DNA of 48,833 bases, taken from NCBI GenBank assembly GCA_038109085.1, contig JAYNIL010000006.1, positions 1 through 48,833 on the forward strand. Reading direction: 5' to 3'. Shown in pieces: positions 45,133 to 48,833 of the stretch. This DNA is from Chloroflexota bacterium. GTDB lineage: Bacteria; Chloroflexota; Dehalococcoidia; Lucifugimonadales; Australimonadaceae. Both the position numbers and the translations under genes were made by a program. Position 1 is the stretch's first letter. Every line of letters begins with the position of its first letter. A model generated the notes under the pieces. That model did not search any database, was not told where the DNA came from, and saw nothing but the letters and a program-made list of their open reading frames with translations.

Positions 45133-46011
45133 ATGACCGAGCGTGTGATTAAGACCATCCCCGGCCCGCACCCCAACCCCTCCAAGCCCCAGTTTGTGCT
45201 CCCGGCCAACGCCTGCGATGCCCACTGCCATGTCTTCGGGCCGGGCGCGCAGTTCCCTTACCACCCGAACCGGGCCTACACGCCACCAGATGCCTCCTGG
45301 CAGAAGTTGCGGGCCCTCCACGACCACCTCGGCATTGAGCGTGCGGTCATCGTCCACGCGTCCTGCCACGGCCCTTACATGGAGGCGACGCTGGACGCCA
45401 TCGCCCACTCCGGCGGTCTTTACAGAGGCACCTCAATTGTCGAGCCGGATATCTCCGACGCGGAGCTACGCCGCTACCACGAGGGTGGAATACGGGCCGT
45501 GCGATTCAACTTCGTGAAGCACCTGGAGTCGGTTCCCGACCCAGACGTAGTACGCCGTATGGCCGAGCGCATTGCGCCCATGGGCTGGCACCTGGTGGTG
45601 CACCTGGACGCCGTTGATATCGAGGAACTAGCCCCGCTGCTGTTGGGCCTCCCGGTGCCCTTTGTCATCGACCACATGGCCCGCGTGAAGGCGGGTGACG
45701 GGCTAGAGCAGGCGCCTTTCAAGACGCTTTTGCGCCTCATGGCCAACGAAAAGGCATGGGTGAAAATCTGCGGCGGGGAGCGCATCTCCTCCGACGGGCC
45801 CCCATTCCACGATGCGGTGCCTTTTGCCAAAGCCTTGCTCAAGGCCGCGCCAGACCGCGTGCTTTGGGGTACTGATTGGCCGCACCCTAATGTGCGGCAC
45901 ATGCCCGACGATGGCGGACTAGTGGATCTTCTGGGCCTCTACGCTCCCGACCAAGAAACCCTGAAAAAGCTAACTGTAGACAACCCCACTAGGCTTTACT
46001 GGTCGGACTAA
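45133..46011 (+). CDS. ligI: 2-pyrone-4,6-dicarboxylate lactonase
   Basis: ACDAHCHVFGP, YTPPDA, VRFNFVK, IDHM, DRVLWGTDWPHPN, MPDDG.LVD, VDNP.RLY. Confidence 0.88.
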   Translation: MTERVIKTIPGPHPNPSKPQFVLPANACDAHCHVFGPGAQFPYHPNRAYTPPDASWQKLRALHDHLGIERAVIVHASCHGPYMEATLDAIAHSGGLYRGTSIVEPDISDAELRRYHEGGIRAVRFNFVKHLESVPDPDVVRRMAERIAPMGWHLVVHLDAVDIEELAPLLLGLPVPFVIDHMARVKAGDGLEQAPFKTLLRLMANEKAWVKICGGERISSDGPPFHDAVPFAKALLKAAPDRVLWGTDWPHPNVRHMPDDGGLVDLLGLYAPDQETLKKLTVDNPTRLYWSD

Positions 46012-46094
46012 ATACCTATCGTCTAAGTACGGCTAGCCCATAGGTTTTTAGTGGAAAGGGCTTGGGAGCCTAAAGCCGAAACCTGGAGGTTTCT

Positions 46095-46949
46095 ATGGCG
46101 CATTGGGGACTCAACGTAGTTAAACAGTACGAGCGTATCGTGGTGTTTACATTGGGCACATACTCCGGGACTCGGGGCCCGGGGATTCGCTGGCTTTGGC
46201 CCTTCATCAATAATGGCACGGCCACTGTAGACCTTCGTGAAGTACCGGTAGCGATTCCGCGCCAGACGGCTATTACGCGGGACAATGCGCCAATCGATAT
46301 CGATTTCTTTGTCTACATGCGAGTAATGCCAGACCGGCCACAGGACACCATCCTCAACATTTCCAATTTCAACATGGCCGCGCAGGCATTGGCGATGACC
46401 ACGCTCCGCGCAGTGGTGGGTGAGATGGATCTAGACGATGTATTGTCCAAACGCGAGCGTATCAACTCGGCCCTGCAGTCCAAGTTGGACGAAGTCACCG
46501 TGAACTGGGGCGTTAAGGTCACGCGAGTCGAGATTAAAGAAGTAGAGCCCCCGCGCGATGTGCAGGAAGCGATGAACCGACAGCTTTCCGCCGAGCGAAC
46601 GCGCCGCGCCGCGGTTACAGAGGCTGAGGGACAACGCGACGCAGCGGTTAACGTTGCTGACGGCGAACGCCGCTCAGCGGTGCTGCGCGCCCAGGGACAG
46701 CGGGAGGCTGCAATTCTCGAGGCCGAGGGTGAGCGCCAAGCTGCGCTGCTGCGGGCTGAGGGTTTCGCTCTAGGGCTTGCCGCCATAAACGAGCAGGCGC
46801 GCCAGGTGGACTCGCGCACCATGACACTGGAGTATTTCGACGCGCTAAAGGAAGTGGGGAGTTCGCCGTCCACTAAATTCGTGCTGCCACTGGAGCTGAC
46901 TTCCATGGTCAGCCAGTTCATGCAGCATTCGCAGGTTACGCGGGAGTAA
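46095..46949 (+). CDS. SPFH/band 7 (QmcA/stomatin-like) protein
   Basis: QYERIVVFTLG, VDLRE, ITRDN, TTLRAVVG.MDLD..LS.RE.IN, WGVKVTRVEIK, AER.RRA, AEG repeats. Confidence 0.9.
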   Translation: MAHWGLNVVKQYERIVVFTLGTYSGTRGPGIRWLWPFINNGTATVDLREVPVAIPRQTAITRDNAPIDIDFFVYMRVMPDRPQDTILNISNFNMAAQALAMTTLRAVVGEMDLDDVLSKRERINSALQSKLDEVTVNWGVKVTRVEIKEVEPPRDVQEAMNRQLSAERTRRAAVTEAEGQRDAAVNVADGERRSAVLRAQGQREAAILEAEGERQAALLRAEGFALGLAAINEQARQVDSRTMTLEYFDALKEVGSSPSTKFVLPLELTSMVSQFMQHSQVTRE

Positions 46950-46957
46950 GGAACGTG

Positions 46958-48592
46958 TCAGAGGGCGGCCAGGAGTCGCAGCAGGCCGGCTTCTGCGTCC
47001 ACCCCTAGGTTGGCATACCCCACCCGGCGCCCGGCCCTGCGGAGCGCATCTACGTCGCCCAAAGCCTGGGCTCGGGCTAGCTCGCCCAGGGTGAAACGCT
47101 CGCCGGGCACTTCGATGTCCTGCCCAACGTCCACGATGAGCACCAAGAAGCGCCCAGAGTCTGGGCCGCCCTTGTGCATCTGGCCCGTGGAGTGAAGGTA
47201 GCGCGGGCCGTATCCCACAGTGGTGGCCAAGTGGTGCTTGACCCCGACGTTCTTGCGCAGGGCCGCCAGCGCGCTGTCCACGCCGGGTGTGCGTGCGGTG
47301 TAGGCCAGCACCGCCAAATACGCCCCCCTTGGCACATCGGTCAACAGTGCGCCCAGGTCAGGCCCTGGTTCGGGGTCGTCCGACCATGGCTGGTGCTGTG
47401 AAGCGCGCAGCGCCCGCCCCGCGGCATCTTTGGCGGCCTGCACCTCCGGCTGGTCGAAGGGCTGCACGCCCAGTAGCGCCCCGGCGATGGCCGTTGCAAT
47501 CTCCCAACGGAAGAACTCCGCCGTCAGGTCGTACCGGTCCTTCAGATCCAGGCGCACCACGGGGTGCTCAAGGGCCGCGATGCGCTCCGCCGCAACGTCC
47601 AGCGGGCTGTTAGCGTCGCCCTCCAGCCGCAGGTAGACGAACAGCCGATCCGTCCCGTAAGCGTCGGGCTCCAGCAGCGGCTCGCCCGTCACCGGGACGA
47701 TCCCTGTGCCACCCTTGCCGGTGCTCTCCGCGATGAGCTGCTCTACCCATAAGCCGAGAGGCTCCAGTGCAGGGGAGGTCAGCAGGGTGAGTTTATCGCG
47801 CCCCTCTGGCACCCCCGCTGCCAGGAAGGCCCCTAGCCACGCTCCGGGGTTCTTGCGCGCCTCACCCGGCCCGCACAGCCCGGCCATCACCGATGCGCGG
47901 TCCAGTAGCCGATCCAACGGCAGGCCCAACAGCGCGGCGGGCACCAGGCCGAAGTGCGAGAGCACCGAGTAGCGCCCGCCGATGTCGGCCTGCGCCTCGA
48001 ACACCTTTCGGAACCCGCTCTCCGCCGCCAGTTCGACCAGCGGGGTGTGGGGGTCGGTAACGGCGACGAAGTGACCGCCCGCCCGCTCCGGGCCGACGGC
48101 TCCCTCTACCAGTGCCCGGTAGTGGCGGTAGAGGGAGAGAGGTTCGATGGTGGCGCCGGACTTGGAGGAGAGAAGGAACAGGGTTTTAGTGGGGTCGAGC
48201 CCCGCGTCTACGGCGTGTACCTGCTCGGGCACTGTGGAGTCCAGCACACTCATGCGCGGGGCGCCCTCGTTGGTGCCCAGCACTGCCCGCAGCACCTCTG
48301 GGCCCAGGGAACTGCCCCCCATGCCCAGCAGCACCACCTGCTCGATGCCGTCGGCGCGCACCCCGGCGGCGAACTCACGAAGCTCGTCAAGGTGCATGCG
48401 CATCTTGCCGGTGACGTTGAGCCACCCCAGCCGGTCGGTTATCTCCGCGGGGCGCCGGTTCCACAGCGTGTAGTCGCCCGCCCACACGCGGGGGATGGTG
48501 CCGTCGCGGTCCAGCCGCTCCAGCGCCTCGTTGACGGCGGGGCCGTACGTCCCCAGCGCCATGACGCTGGGCAGGGCCGTAGCGTCGGTCAA
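46958..48592 (-). CDS. pgi: glucose-6-phosphate isomerase (type found in Tal-Pgi fusions, standalone here)
   Basis: RLGWL, LGMGGSSL, SKSG.T.E, AVTDP, GGRYSVLS, EQLIAESTGK, PFDQP.V, GPRYLHSTGQ.HKGG. Confidence 0.9.
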   Translation of the reverse strand: MTDATALPSVMALGTYGPAVNEALERLDRDGTIPRVWAGDYTLWNRRPAEITDRLGWLNVTGKMRMHLDELREFAAGVRADGIEQVVLLGMGGSSLGPEVLRAVLGTNEGAPRMSVLDSTVPEQVHAVDAGLDPTKTLFLLSSKSGATIEPLSLYRHYRALVEGAVGPERAGGHFVAVTDPHTPLVELAAESGFRKVFEAQADIGGRYSVLSHFGLVPAALLGLPLDRLLDRASVMAGLCGPGEARKNPGAWLGAFLAAGVPEGRDKLTLLTSPALEPLGLWVEQLIAESTGKGGTGIVPVTGEPLLEPDAYGTDRLFVYLRLEGDANSPLDVAAERIAALEHPVVRLDLKDRYDLTAEFFRWEIATAIAGALLGVQPFDQPEVQAAKDAAGRALRASQHQPWSDDPEPGPDLGALLTDVPRGAYLAVLAYTARTPGVDSALAALRKNVGVKHHLATTVGYGPRYLHSTGQMHKGGPDSGRFLVLIVDVGQDIEVPGERFTLGELARAQALGDVDALRRAGRRVGYANLGVDAEAGLLRLLAAL

Positions 48593-48833
48593 CGCCCACC
48601 TCCGCTCAGCAGGGCGCGGGTAGCCTGGGCAACGGCGTCAGCGGTGAGGCCGTATTCGGCGTAGAGGCGCTGGTAGGGAGCGGAGGCGCCGAAGGTGTCC
48701 ACTCCGATGGCCTTGCCTGTCGCCCCGATGTGCCTCTCCCACCCCAGGGTGACGCCAGCCTCCACCGACACGCGCGCCGGTACCGAGGGCGGCAGCACCT
48801 CGTCACGGTAGGTCTGCGACTGTGCGGCGAACA
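48589..48833 (-). CDS. tkt: transketolase, C-terminal part (partial)
   Basis: YRDEVLPPSVPARVSVEAGVTLGW..IGVDTFGASAP..LYAEYGLT. Confidence 0.93.
   Translation of the reverse strand, partial: FAAQSQTYRDEVLPPSVPARVSVEAGVTLGWERHIGATGKAIGVDTFGASAPYQRLYAEYGLTADAVAQATRALLSGGGR

Noticed and set aside
46958-48592. pgi as a broken Tal-Pgi fusion
   Set aside because: Its start is coupled to the tkt stop and all Pgi motifs are intact; standalone forms of this type are plausible.

Overview
This GC-rich bacterial window mixes housekeeping genes with many accessory oxidoreductases. The gene content suggests Chloroflexota, Dehalococcoidia/SAR202-like (inference only). From left to right: (1) An AT-richer 1.9 kb segment holds a CarH-type cobalamin-binding domain fused to a C-terminal XRE helix-turn-helix, divergent from three microproteins. 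(2) A catabolic run of cupin, ABM-like protein, LLM oxidoreductase, isochorismatase-family amidase, SDR and LigB-LigA fused dioxygenase. (3) egtD, a CopD-like membrane protein, and an ArsC/Spx-family gene whose CxxC motif is TGA-x-x-Cys followed by a SECIS-like hairpin, i.e. a probable selenoprotein truncated by the ORF track. (4) mutL, a divergent Ham1-family gene, mutY and tlpA. (5) LigJ-like hydratase, DesZ-like dioxygenase, LLM, LigXa-like Rieske oxygenase, bicupin, haem-binding protein, SDRs, a DHCW-cupin pseudogene and tRNA-Gly(TCC). (6) RidA-family gene, MFS, birA, hisZ-hisG-hisD-hisC-hisB, purS/purC/purB, egtB, purD, guaA. (7) A degenerate polyprenyl synthase, pgk, tpiA, miaA, RraA-like aldolase, ligU/galD, ligI, SPFH protein, pgi and partial tkt. 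The best leads are the B12-XRE sensor module, the Sec-ArsC gene, a dispersed gallate/PDC (lignin-aromatic) pathway whose loci share promoter and hairpin motifs, a HisZ paired with long-form HisG, and a pseudo-prenyltransferase. All family calls come from motif recognition by eye; no database searches were run.
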